This document shows positions 35,400 through 48,700 of a DNA stretch of 64,000 bases, piece by piece (positions within the stretch are counted from its first letter, which is position 1; each line of letters begins with the position of its first letter). The notes beneath the pieces are model-generated. The model made no database searches. It was given only the letters and a program-made list of their open reading frames with translations, and was not told where the DNA came from. The position numbers were made by a program, and so were the translations under genes. The stretch comes from Haplodiscus bocki (lineage: Eukaryota), in the NCBI GenBank assembly GCA_965655095.1, contig OZ296650.1:97960001-98024000 (forward strand). Direction: 5' to 3'.

Positions 35400-37750
35400 C
35401 AGTGATGAAAATTTTACCTTCCCAGTCCGCAAGAATAATGGGAACCTCTCGCTTGTCAGGCATTCACTTTTACTCGAGAGAATGATTTTTCGCAAAATCT
35501 TTTTTTTAGAACGACAACCTCTTTGCGAACAACAGCATGGTTTTACAGAAAAACTCTACCTTGATTCAACTCTTACCTACATTAACGATTTGTTCAGTAC
35601 AAATGACGAAAAAGACTCAAACTGCGTAGTGTATCTTTACTTTGAAATGGCATTCGACTTTGTAATGTATCGTACATTTTTTGAGATACTGATTGCTCTC
35701 ACGCTCGGCAGTATTTTCCTAACGTTTTGTAGATCGTTTTCTCATTAAAGCTATAAAACTAACTATCAAGAGAACTCTATCTAGGTCAGCCAACACTTCA
35801 AGGAAGTTACCCATGGAAGTGTCCTTGGTCCCCTCTTTTTTATAAAAACTTCAGTAACGGCTTTCCCAGCGCAAGTGAGAAGTTGTTAGTCTACCTTTTT
35901 GATGACAACAGTAAACCACTATCCTGGGCTGACGTCTCATAAGTATCCAGAGCTGATCAGCTGTGATTCAGAAAAATTTAAAATTTGTTTCACCGCTGAT
36001 TAGTACCTGAAAATTTCTGAAGAGAGCTGATTCAGCTCAAAACATCGCTGAGAACGGAAACTTTCAGAGGTAAAAATCAGCCCTGTTTCAGCCCTGGTTA
36101 TCAGAAGCAACGCTGATTCAGAGCTGAACAGTGTTTCTTAAGAGCTAATCAGAGCTAATTCAGAGCTGGCAAGTCATGATATCCTCTAAAACAGCGCTGA
36201 TTAGCGCTGTTTTTTGATGGATTCAGAATGGGATTTTTTGATCAAGTTGTCAAAACTTCCGAGACACCAATTTTGAGGAACAGAATTCAGATTTGCAGCT
36301 CAAATTGCGAAACAAATTCAACAAAAAACGAGTTCATCATTTTTCCATTTTTCTTACAGGTCAACGATATAACAATTGTTGGAAAGTTTAGATTTTCTGT
36401 TACTGCTCATTCAAGAAAACTGTTATAATTCATTTTTTCAAAAGCTTTCTCCCGTTAAGTTGGATTATTTTTCAGGAATATTCCAAAAAAAATCGGAATT
36501 TTGCTGCCATTTTACAGAATTTTGTAGGAAATTTACATATTTTGCATACGAGGAATCTTATGATGATGACCACTTCAAGTGTTTTCATCACTACTGATTA
36601 CGTTAACACAAAATGATATTCCCTTCTACATGTGTTGTTATCAGAGCTACTTCAGAGTAAAAAAGCAATGTTCAGCGCTGGAAACGAAATGTTATAGTGC
36701 AAAAGAAATCAACTCCGAACAGCGTTGATTCATAACTGATTCTTTTCGGAACAGCGTTCACTTTTTTAGTTCTGAATTTCGCTGATTCAGTGAAAGTTAC
36801 AGCTGATCAGTTCTGAAATAGATCTGATCAGTTTGCTGTTTCTGATGTTCTGTGAATCAGCGCTGAAAGACATCAAATCTCTGAAGCAGCGCAATTCAGC
36901 GATAGTTATCTTTGGGATTTCAACAATTCAAGTTACAATTGGATACCGTCGTTTTTGTGCATTGGCCGTTAAAAATTCAAATAAAATCACCGTTGACAAA
37001 AGCAAATCTATATAGTTTTTCAAAATATCCTCTACACTTGCTCCAGTACATGTAATGGGTATTGGCTTTAACATAGCTAACTCAATCAGAGTTGTGGGAA
37101 TAAATTTATTTCGGAATTTGTTTGGCGATTAACATCCGCAAGCAAATATGACAGCATTAAAAAAATTGTAATTTCTAAGCGAACCCTGCCACCGAACTTT
37201 TCTTCAATGACGACATGTCTATTCTATCGCCTGTGTCTAGAAGACGTCTCCAAAGGGATCACAGGCATGTCATCTTTCTTTTAATTTTAAACAAAGCCAA
37301 GAATCGTTCGATAAAGCATTTTTATTTTGGGTCGCTGTGTCATCCGACTATACATATAAATTTGCCCGATCGCAAAATTTCCTTATCGTTCTTGTTCTGA
37401 TTTCCTTTGGCATGATGGTTTTTTTCAGAAGGTTAGTAAAACAAATACGATTTCGACAGTAGCTTTCATATCTGTTCCAGCTCCTATGCTGAAGATCTAC
37501 GAAGCAGCCAATAAAGTCGGCATGAATAACAGAAAAAAATTCCTCAAAAAAAAAATCTTACTTTGAAAAAGACTGTTGCTGTTTTATTACTTTTTGAGAT
37601 AGATGTCAATGTTCTGAATTCCTCTGACAATTTCAGACTTGTTCTGGCTATATTTCTCTATAAATTCGTCCCATCGTTAAATGTGAAAAGAATGTACTCC
37701 GGCTTCATCAAAGCTGACTGTTATTTCTGTCACGCCTATCTTTTTGTCCT
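35400..37750 (+). mobile_element. Decayed LINE RT fragment (CR1/L2-like), split by a ~0.95-kb insertion
   Basis: QQHGF, YLYFEMAFDFV (YLDFxKAFDxV-like), HGSVLGPLFF (~35812-35840) and FDDNSK (FADD-like, ~35900). Post-RT sequence appears to resume near 36920. Confidence 0.7.
35940..36915. repeat. Non-autonomous element rich in short TCAGAGCTGA/TCAGCGCTGA motifs
   Basis: Many copies of CAG(A/C)GCTGATTCAG cluster at 35948-36225 and 36640-36900. The segment interrupts the LINE RT. Termini not resolved. Confidence 0.55.
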
Positions 37751-37794
37751 CGGTAACTTTTAACAGCCATAAAAAACCTCCTAATATGGCTTGT

Positions 37795-38332
37795 GTCCCC
37801 GGGTCAACCAGTTTTGGGAATATGCAGCTCTTTTTCCGATATAGTTGCGTAAACGCAAAACACCGTTCACGCTCTATGCCGCAAGGACCAGCGTTAACGC
37901 CTTTAGCGTTTCAGTTGAATGCCGTTAACACGGAATGCGTCTACAAAAAGTATTTAAGTTTGTCACTTCGAGAAAAATCAAAAAATGACGATCATTCAAA
38001 GTTGTTTTCGTCCAAAGATTGCATAGCTTTCAGAGCAATATGTCCTCAAAAGTTTTTCTGATCGCTGTTTTTCACTGTGGCTGATTTCAACTGTGATGAT
38101 GGGAAGTTTCCAGATTTTGCGAGCAAGGTGACGGAAAAAATAGTCACTGGTTTTTTCCGGGATACCAGCGTCAGAACTTTGCCTGTATTACACTGGTAAA
38201 ACAGCTGAAAAAAGGCAGTATTTTTCATTAACAGAAATCACCAACGCCAGTTTGCTAGTGAAATGCCGTTAATGCGGCTATTTTTCTAGTTAAACGCCGT
38301 TAAATCCACTCTTTTTCTGGTTCAATGGGATG
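37795..38332. repeat. Probable MITE with internal AATGCCGTTAA motifs
   Basis: Imperfect inverted ends TCCCCGGGTCAACCAG and CTGGTTCAATGGGA. (AAT/AAC)GCCGTTAA repeats at ~37918, ~38262 and ~38292. Confidence 0.4.
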
Positions 38333-40239
38333 TCTGGAACTAAAAGTGCTTTTGTTAGTTGGATTATTGTCCGAAATTTGTCAAATTTCACTTTTACTGT
38401 CAATTATTCGGCTATTGAATTTTTTCATCGTCGCCTGTATTTCCTGAAATAAAAACAAGTGTAATCTAGAATCCATTGAATATATGAATTTGCGGTAGCC
38501 AGTTTTTGAGACTGTTTTTTAGCAGAAGTTGTAAGAATAAAGAAGTTCTTTTGAAAAACAAAGCCTTTTTTCAAAGTGCAAATTATTGCTCGGCCTCACA
38601 TCGCAGCGTCTTTTTGGGAATGCTTATGACTATGCTATTTTCAGGGGCAACCTTCAAGAAAGTTTGGCTCATTTTCTCCGACAGCCTTACGCCGAGAACC
38701 TTAGCACCTATGTATTTCCCATCCGGACTTTGTGACAACCCTCTGCGTTTCTTGATTTTGAAGCGCTAAACCTCTAAGCGCATTGGTCCGAATATTCTAT
38801 TTTTTTTTCAATACCTGATTTTCAGGAACGTAATAGGCCATATCCAAAGTATTTGACGTCAAAAACGTTTCGCTAAGAATTTATCAGCGAAAACACATAG
38901 AAAGCACAGAACGTTATTTAGGCAAATCGTTCATTTTAATTTTGTCGCTACCATATGAATAAACATATAAGATTTATATGTTATGCTGCCTTTCTAGCAA
39001 AACAAAATTCATGGTTTTTCAGCAGACTTTTAGCACAAAATTTTTCAAAAACTGTCCGGAATTTCACGTTCACCAGAGCCAACGCAGACGTCTTGGTTCG
39101 TATGACTAAGTCATCGAATGATTCGCCAAAGATCACTACTTAATCTGCTGGGTCAGTTCTTGCGCTTTTTTTTTCAACGAGATGTTTCACAGAAAAACAT
39201 AGAAAAGTATTTTTTTCTCAGGCGAGATTTTGCTTGCCTGTTTCGAGGATTGAAAGGGTTTTTCGGTTCTATGGTTAAGGTGCCGAATTTTTAATGTTCC
39301 ATTCCACAGCTTCTAATGGAAACTTCATGGGGCTTTTCCATTTTTCGCTTGTCTTTTTTCACTTCCAAATGAAAAATATAACAGAATCAATTTTTTCATA
39401 TTATTTTTCACAATACTGTGTCGTTTTCATTAAACCATGTTTCAATATGGAACTTAATTGATTCTAAAATCTCTACTTAAGTAAACCAAAGTATTTCGCT
39501 GAAACATGTGAAAGCTTTTTTTCTGCAGAAAACGTCCTTCTTGTTGGATGATTTTCTTGACTTCAGCATTTAAAGCTGCTAAATTTATTTCTTTTGGAAT
39601 TTCAATGTTTTTCTTCGAAGAGTGATTTTTGCGGTAAGCATTGAGTGGGATGTCTTAAGTTTGCCACCAACTAGATGGATAAGTAACTTAGCAGGACTTG
39701 GTCATGTTTTCTGTTTCGAAAAATGTTGTGAAGAAAAATCTTCACAAAGCCTATTTTAACTTTGTTCTTCAATGTACGCTTACGATAAAGTACAGCGCTC
39801 ACTCAAGCAGAGCGTTTACTCTGACGTTACTTCACCTCATCACGAGCTCAGCGCACTTACTAGTGTTTTTTATATTGCAAAAATCCCATTTCTACGTTTT
39901 CCTGGAGGCTCGGAGGATGACTCTATGCGATCAATTTGAAACAATTAGATTAGTTTTTTTCTATGTCTTCCCAGATTTCTGACCATCATATAAAAACGCC
40001 ATTTGCCTACTGAGAATCTCAATTTTAAAACGTATATCGCAATGATTATTCATCGGAGTGTTTTCGTGTTTTGAAAAGCTGCTTATCTAGGCTGTCTCTT
40101 ATCATATCCTATTATCAAATTGTCCGCGTCCGGATAAGTTTCGCTGAGACTTTCTAAATGAAAATCAATGCTGGATATCGCAAATTTTCACTCAGTTAAC
40201 TCAGTAAACTGTCAGCATCAGTATCATATGCGCATTGCA

Positions 40240-43200
40240 GGTCTTTATTTTAGACGCATCGACGCGAAACCAAGGACACTTTATGTGCTAACAGTTCAAA
40301 GAAATCCGATTTTAATAGGCAAAGTTTTGTTGGGAATTTTTTGAGGAAAAATGATAAATTCATGCTTTCCATGGTTCCCATCAGCCAGAAAGCCAGCATA
40401 AGGCTTGTTCTGTTGTTCTGTTTCATGGAATGGGCCCTGCAACCAATTGACGATATGATAGAATAACGATAACGAGATTTTTTTGTTTCTTCTGCTTCAT
40501 TTTCTTGCTGAAAATATAAAGAAATTCTACTTTCCATCGGTATAAATAACATTTCTCGAAAAATTATAGCTTTTTCTCGATAATCTAACCTGAATTAGTC
40601 AAGTACTCTAACTTTTGGTCCCATTGATAAGACTGAAAGAGTTTTGTGATAAAAGGAAAAAAAAACAAAAAGTCATCTTTTCTTTGTTTCAGCGGTAAAC
40701 TACCGGAAAAACTCTTTTTACGTCTTTTGCAACACTTTTGATTTCTAATTTCCTTAAGGAAATCAAACAGTTTAATACAGCTCCACAACTCAACTATTGT
40801 GGTCACACTGGCACAAGATGTTGCTGCGTGGCAGAGAACTAAATTTCAGGCTCGGAAAAATGAAAATTTGGCAATACAAAATGAAAAACAAACCTTTTTT
40901 CAGCCGATTAGCGAAACTCTTTGAAACTCTCCTGTCTGCATTTGCACCAAGTCCTGGCTTAACCAAGTCCTGTCGACTATAGCAATTGTGATGCTGCTCT
41001 TCGTGAGCCTTGACCAAAGCAAACTGCACCTATGCTTTTTATGCTTTTACCCTTCTTAGGCTTCGAGTGGAGCGAGAAGCTTTTTTCTGTTTGTTTTTTT
41101 CCTAATATTTTTTTTTGTTTTTCCGAAGAAATGCGACTTTGCCCAAAATTTCCGAATATGGAATCCTCTTTATGGGAAACTAACAACAAAATTAGTGATT
41201 TTTTAATGCGGTTGTTTCCGCAAGACTTCGGCTTTTGCTTTCACCGAATAATATTTGCAATTGTTCCGTCTATGTGTGTTTCTTTATCGAAAAATTGTCA
41301 AAAATCCAATTCTTTAGTTTTAATCTCAGTAGTGTGTTCTTTGGTTACTACTCAAACTCTAATGCAGCTCCTCATGAGCATCCAATACCTTGTTAGATGC
41401 TTTAACTGCCATATAGGTAATACCTGAACAGAAAATTTGGGCATACACTTGTCGTACTTTTGCAAAAATGTTTACAACAAGCCAAACCGAGTCCGAAATT
41501 TTGCAGCATTCAACTTTCTTATTGTGCGTGATTAATATCTCGGTCACCTCTTGAGAATTTGGAGGGAAATGAAAAGTGTGGGCAGCCGTATTGTAGTGCC
41601 TCATGGTCGCTAAGTTGTCAAAAGATTTGGGTTTGAAAAGCTCTGGCCGAAAATTGTTACATCATTACAAATCTTGATTGTCGTCCTATGTAAAGCTCTA
41701 ACACTGAATAAACCATACCGTAGTTTCTGCACATACACATGGGCTCCTCAGTTATTTCTTTGCGCTTGAAATCTTGGCATTGCTCATTTTTTGAAGTTAC
41801 CATTTGCGCAGAATTGTTCAAAAGTTTTTTGAATTCCATTTACTGATAGATAACAATGTGGAAGAGCTTGCTGTAGAATCTTTTAGAACCAAATTTACTG
41901 GTATAGAAAAACAGTTGAATCTGGATAAAACAATTCTTTGAACGGAAACTTGAAAAAATATTTGACGTCGATAGCTCTCTAAAGCTTTCGTCGACGTTTC
42001 TCTCTTTTTAAACCTAACTGATAGTCAATCCTTTCCGAATACGGATCTTTTGGACAGCCTTTCAGAGCACGGTGGTGCAATCCTTCCGGTAGCGAAAAAC
42101 ACAATTTTGGGGCCTTTCAAGACATTGAATGTTTTTGGGATAATTGAATTATACAGAAATTCAACTTTTTGTCGATTATCTGCCCAATCTGTCCTCAGAT
42201 GGCCACTGAACTGCGTTCTGCTCCAATTTTTTGTATTTACAGAACCACTAGCTCAATTCAGAAGTACTACATGAACGTTTTGTATCAGCTTTTTCTCACG
42301 GAACTTCTTGCAGCCAGCTAAATTTTGTCGAATAACAAAAACTTTAATTCGTCGTGATTAACGGCAAAACCGTTGTTTTTTAGCGTATTTACGTAGGACA
42401 TGACAAACGTTCACTCATACTTTCGTTATACGACTCATGTTAAATGATTCATACATCTATATTGCGAACTGAATTAAAATTATTCAATTTCCTGTGACAA
42501 ATGACAAAAATTCCATATTTTTCTCCAATTTTATCGATAAAAGTTCATAATTTTTCGGCAAACATTTCCGAAAAGAAAATAGTTAACATCGATTTTAATC
42601 TTGTTCACGATAACGAAATTAGAGAAGTTGCTGCAAAAAGTCAATGATCAGCACCATAATATAAATGATGTCATTTCCATCGCCAACTTTTCTAGTTTAA
42701 CCATTGCGAGGAACCAATTGCCCAATGTTGGAGGGCCACCCTCCAGAACTTGGAAAACGGCCTTCCCTTGATGGTCACAGCCATATAGGCTGGAAAATTC
42801 AAGACTGAGAATAACACCAAAAGTTTGAAACTCTCAGAATTGAAGACTGTGGTACACCAGTCTACTTCAAAGAAGTGAAAATTCAAAAAAACTACGCTTA
42901 ATTTTTCCTTAGGTTTAGTTTGTGAATATTTAGCTTTCAGGGTATTTCTTTGTTTTTGTTAAGAAAAAAGAGTCGAATGATCTCGCTGTCGACATATCCA
43001 GCTACTGTCAGTACCTGACTGCAGTTGTTTCAGATTCGCAAAAGAAACTGTTGGCGAATGAAAGGTGTCCTTGTTCGTTGCTTCAGAAAGCCCTTGCTCA
43101 TAACAAAAAAAACTCACCGATATTGGTATCGCTTCGGTATTTGCCCCGGAAATCAAACTTCAGTCCCCCGAACTTGGAGGGGAAGACTGTTGAGGGAATA

Positions 43201-43240
43201 GATCGAGTCAAGTGAATGCTGTTGTTTGGTGGTCATGTCT
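40240..43240 (-). pseudogene. Highly decayed DNA transposase, tentatively Kolobok-like
   Basis: Minus-strand fragments TYMAVKASNKVLD (~41385-41420) and SLFYHIVNWLQGPFHETEQQNKPY (~40400-40470) resemble motifs I recall from Kolobok-type transposases. No TIR or TSD found, and the extent is a guess. Confidence 0.3.
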
Positions 43241-44299
43241 GAGTGATGAAGGATGATAATTTGTTGTGTTTTTACAACTTAAACAAAATATACACAAGGG
43301 CTGAGGCCTATATACATCTAGAGTCTAAACATAACTTGCGTCCGTGTAACTGGATATAGATTTAGCTCAGTTTAATTTTATTTTAGCAGTTAGGTGAACG
43401 ACTGTATCCAAAAAACTAGTGGCACTCCAAAGATTAGTTTTATTGAAGACATTAATCTTTATGACAACCTTCCAGATCACCTCTGGGAGGATCATTTTGG
43501 ATGTCAATATTGTTGCAGATCAGTAGTATTTAGGAAAAAAATACACTCTTTTTTGTCAGCCTGGCCTCCTAAGTATTTTTGATATATTAATAAATTCACA
43601 TTTTGTTTTTTTATTACCATTACCTGAAGTATTATAGCGAGAGGTAAATATACCAATAAACAATTCTATTTACAAAACTCATAACTGATTTTACTTAATA
43701 TTTCTATTTGAAACAGCGTCAGAGATTCAATAAAAATCTTACATTTACTTTCCTACACAAAAAAATCTACCAAAATATTAAGGTATATATCCATAAACTT
43801 CATAAACAAACACAAATTTAAGTAAAAGAATGTAAAGATAAATTTTTTCTTGACTACTTCATCCTTTTCTACAACGCCCCAAATGAATGTTAGATAAAGT
43901 CAGTTATGAGTTTCGAAAATGAAACTTCTTATTGGTGTAATTGCTTTCCACTATGATATTTTAGGTATTGGGTATAAAAACAAAAACAAAAGGTGTATAT
44001 AATACTTTATCAAAAACAAAAAAGGAAGTCAGCTTAAAAAAATCGAACTTGATTTATTTTCTGAATATTGCCACTACTGTCGTTGCTTGCATAATAACTT
44101 TTCAATAAATTGGTGTATAGTGAATGACAGCAACAGTCGAAAGTTATCCTCGTGATCTTTTCAGAAAAATTGAAGTCGAATTAATTAACAGACTGTGTGA
44201 TATATGCAAGAGATGTTTCAAAAGAACTGACTATCATCTAATATAGATCTTTTAAATAAAAAACACTTTGCTACAACATGCAAAAACATATTTGAACAA

Positions 44300-47200
44300 A
44301 GTTTTCGGCTAATATGTGGTCGAATCGTCACTGACTGTCACTACTATAAAATGTGATAAATGCAAGAAATCTATACAAGAAAAAAGTTTTGACAGACATT
44401 TGAAACCTAAATCCCACTTAACTATTGCAGCTGAAAAAGTAAAGTCTAGAATCTGTAACTCTGTATACGATTCCACCAATCATACTAAGCATATAGGGTC
44501 TGATTTTTGTATTAACGAGCGAGGAACCACTTGCGATGTTTTTCCTATTCACCAGTATAATATTTTTATTATGAGCTTCGAAACACACTCATCCACATAA
44601 ATGAAGGTGTTTTTCAAGAATTTTTTCAGTTGAAAGAATTCTTCCGGAAATCTAATGAAAGAAACTTCATGCCTTCAAAATTGTTTCTGGTGAAATTTCT
44701 AATTGGTTATCTGATGTAAAAGCGTTGAAATAAAAACTATAAATTTTCACAAAGACTACATACTATGGAATTATCTTTTTTTTATCGAACAAAATTAATT
44801 TCCCAATTTTTTAAGTCTAACGAATTTATCTTTTCATTCTCATCCTCTGGTACATTTCTTGTACAATATGGCGGTAAAACAATGGTGGAATTGGTTGTTT
44901 TCCATTTAGTTCGCAAACATCTTTTTTGACTGATTTCATTTGCCGTATCTGGAGATCAGTTTTGATTGAATTCATGACTAAAGTAAGACATAGAGGTAAA
45001 CATAAAATTACAAGAAACCAAATTGATAATACAGTTTAAAGTCAAACACCAAGAAATTCTAATTTAAATTGCGACTCTTTTGAAAACGGTCTCAAGAAAA
45101 CAAAGACAACCCAAACAACATCAAAATCACATCGTAAGCAAGTACCAAACCAAAAACGAAGTAGAGATGAATCATTGAAGCATTGAACTAACCAAATCTA
45201 AGAAACGCAAAAAAAACGGAATACCCTATACAAATTTATTTACTTTCTCGAAAAAAGTTATCTTGGGATTTTAACACAACAATAGCATTAACCTCGTTAT
45301 GTTTTTTTTACTACTGCGGTCAGAATACAAACTATTTTTGGCAAAAAAAAAGAATTAATGGAAGCGATGACAAACCAATACTTAACAGAAGAACATAAAA
45401 TTTTCTCATAAAAATAGACAACCTATGTTAAGATTTCAAGTTCTTTCCTGCTACGTTTCAGAAAGAACACTAAGATGCTGATTACAAAAAACAGAAACTC
45501 GTTATAAATTAAGCATTTATATTTTTGAAAAAAAAAAGAAATAAATGCTGCGGAAGTTATCAATGAATTGAATACTGAGTCAAAAATAGTTGATTCTGTT
45601 GAAAACCTAAAAAAGTATCGATAAGGTTGGGTACGTGACCGAATTACCAGTAAGAGCGTTGAGCTTCAAAACGGAACGACACAAGGTGGGTATAGTTTTG
45701 TTTAATTTCTTTTCAAATTTTAGATTGTTTTCGAATGTCAAAAATGAAGATAATTACTGTGGTATTTGAAGGGTTTCAGCGGTTTTTCACCCGGAAAATA
45801 TGACTTTAAATCGAACTAAAAGTACTGAAAAACTTTTTATTAGAATTTGAACTTTTTTGATAAATTTAGAAAACGGATTTTATATAAGAGTGGTTCTAAA
45901 TTAGGAAAAATGAAGTATCTAGGAAAACAATTTTCAAGTTACATGAAAACCGACTATTTCTACTTGTGTTTTTACCACTAGAATAAACAAGAAACCTACC
46001 AGAGGATGAGGATGAAGGACAAAATGCGTGAGGTTCAAATTTGTAAGAAAACCCAATCTCTTTCAACAAACAACCTTCCATAGGCCGTTGGCGTTGTGAT
46101 GACTTATGTGGAGACTATTTTAGCGTTTATTTTAGCGTAAAATCACCAAGAAGTATGTCTACGACAAGAAACTTGTTTCATGAGAATCCCGAAAAAAATA
46201 CTTCACGTTTTATGTTCTGTTTTATGGAACAACTTTGCTATATCTCAGATGTGTGTTTTCTGAAGCTCTCAATGAAAAAGTTCCTGTTGTAGAACGAACT
46301 AGAACAAAAGCTATATAGGAAAAAGACCTGATTTTTTTCACATCCCCTTTGAATTGAGTAAATCAATTTATTTTGATAGTGTATGTCAACAAACTGTATG
46401 AGAGATTCTTTTTTATGGTTTATTTGTTTGAAAGGTTTCATGTCTACGTTTTTCAAAGACGAAAAAAAGCCAACTGAAGGTTTAATTTAATGACTAATGA
46501 AATGGGTTAAAACTAATGATGAAGCTTGTAAATGTTGGTTTTGCAACAAATCTTTTCAGAAAGAAGAAAGAGAAGTGAATGAAAAAGTATTGTAGTGGCA
46601 AAATTTCATGAGGCATAGCACGTTGATTGTAACTTCAATGCAAAACATTTTTACTGCCTTTTTAGCGAAAGCTATGCATTATAGGACTAATTATGAGACA
46701 AATTATTCCCTCAAGTTAGTCAATCAAAAGACGTACTTTTCACCTTTCAACGTCATCCAGAAACTGACGAAAGATATATGTTTATTACTTACGAGCAAAA
46801 AAGATTAATAATTCTCCAAACTTGAAACAAAAGTTGAAGCATTTGCTTAAAGTTTCTTGTTCAAACCTGCATAAAAAACTGGAGATGAATGGGAGTCATT
46901 GAGTAAAAGACTAGCCTATTCTCATCAAAGACTTGAAAAGTAATACTGAATACAAAAAACTTTCAACACTTTTCGAGAAAGCAGATTTTTTCTCAAAATT
47001 GACATGAAAGCTACCCAATCATGACGATATGACAAAAACTAAAAAAAAATACAGAAAATTTGCTTGTTAAAACGTGAAAAGATGTGACAATGCTTTAATG
47101 TTAATCAAAAAGGAATTTATTAGCAGGTGCGTCTTCGAAATTCATCAAACTTGTTTTTTATTTTACTGTTTTTATCCTTTATTTTGTGTCTCTTCGGCAA

Positions 47201-48700
47201 GATACACTTATCAATGTAGTTTATATGAAAATAAACAAAACCTAGAAACATCCAGAACCTAAAACTCTACCTTTTTGTTGCAAGAGCATTACGAGGGGCG
47301 CATCAAGTGTACACGGGTTTGGATACGTCTAAAGTGGAGAAGATTTATTTTTCTGACGATTATGCAAATGTTTCATATGGATCATCAAAAACAGAAGCTT
47401 TACCAAATCTGAAGATTGCATTTGAAAAAAAAACATCCTCTAAAACCATACTTGCTAGAGAAGTTGACGCTGGAATTGGTTTTTAATTGAAAAATTTTTA
47501 AAACACCCTGATATCAGACACTGAAACGCAAGATGATTCTACATTTGTCCAGAATATACAGAAAGATCTTTCGTTTTTCACAGACTTCTTGAAAAGTCAT
47601 GCATTGTCAAAGCAAGAACTTAAGAAATAAACTTTTGTGATAGGACAGTCGAAAAAAATTGTCTTTGTCAATACAAAAAAAGTTTTTGGAAGTTACCCAG
47701 CTAACGAGAGTTGAAAGATATAAACAAAAACCGTCGCTTACAAAGCACATAGACGAAATCACTAGATTAGGATCGGAAGCGAAAACAGAGTTTCGGAAAA
47801 CACTTCCTGAAAACATGAACACTAATTTATCAGTCAAAACAAAAGAGGTTGTAAGAAGAGGAAAAAAATCGAAAGTAACTAATCAGAAAACTTGCACAAA
47901 AAAACAGTCTAAAAATAGACTCTTGGCTTGAAAACAGACAATACCAAGGGAATTGATCCGTTTTCGTTGTCAATCTGTATAAAAGAAATGTTATTTGATA
48001 AACTAAAATTTTTGGGTTTACAAAGTAGGAATCATCAGAAATACATACCTAAGAAAGCAATTATAATATGTAATATGTTACGACACTTTGATGGCAAAAT
48101 GGACCTATTATTGATTTATAAGGACAGGTATTCTTTTAAATGTAATCGTATAGAGAAAACATGATCATCGTTTGGTCATTTGCAAGATCAAAAAAAGAAG
48201 AAAAACCTACGGTTTTTGAAAACTGAAGAAGTTTTGAGAAATTTTTTCAAGCTAATGAGAGTGTACTTGCTAAATTGAACAAACAAATTCCTGAAACAAA
48301 TTAGCCGTTGTTTCCTATGCCTTAAAATTGAAAAAAAAATGCATACAAAACGTAAATAAAAAGAGCAAAATATACTACTAGGGACAATTTGGTAGAAAAA
48401 TTATTTGCTACTCAAATTGAATGTCTTTTTATTGGGCTACAGAGGAAGAAAAACGAATTCGCAAATGTGCTGTTCGAAGTGGAAAACGTGTAAAGGATTT
48501 ACAAAGAATGGGATTAAAAAGTCGTGTACTTTGATGACAGAAGGTTGTTTGAACATGCAATTTAACACGAACTATGGAATTCAGACAAATATAGATATAT
48601 ATATATATACGTTTCCGCTTTGCGAATGGTTGGCATCGCCAACAAATGTAACTAACCAAGTTTCAAAGAACAACACTTTATTACAAGTGAGGTTTTCAGT
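44300..48700 (+). pseudogene. Protein-primed family B DNA polymerase remnant
   Basis: Collinear degenerate motifs: N-terminal C2H2-like fingers (CDKCKK...RHLKPKSH), CWFCNKSF (~46533), DDYANVSYG (DANNLYG-like, ~47355), EVTQLTRVERYKQKPSLTKHIDEITRL...EAKTEFRK (47659 ORF), FDKLKFLG and LLLIYKDRYSF (YxDTDS-like, ~48105-48135). Confidence 0.72.
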
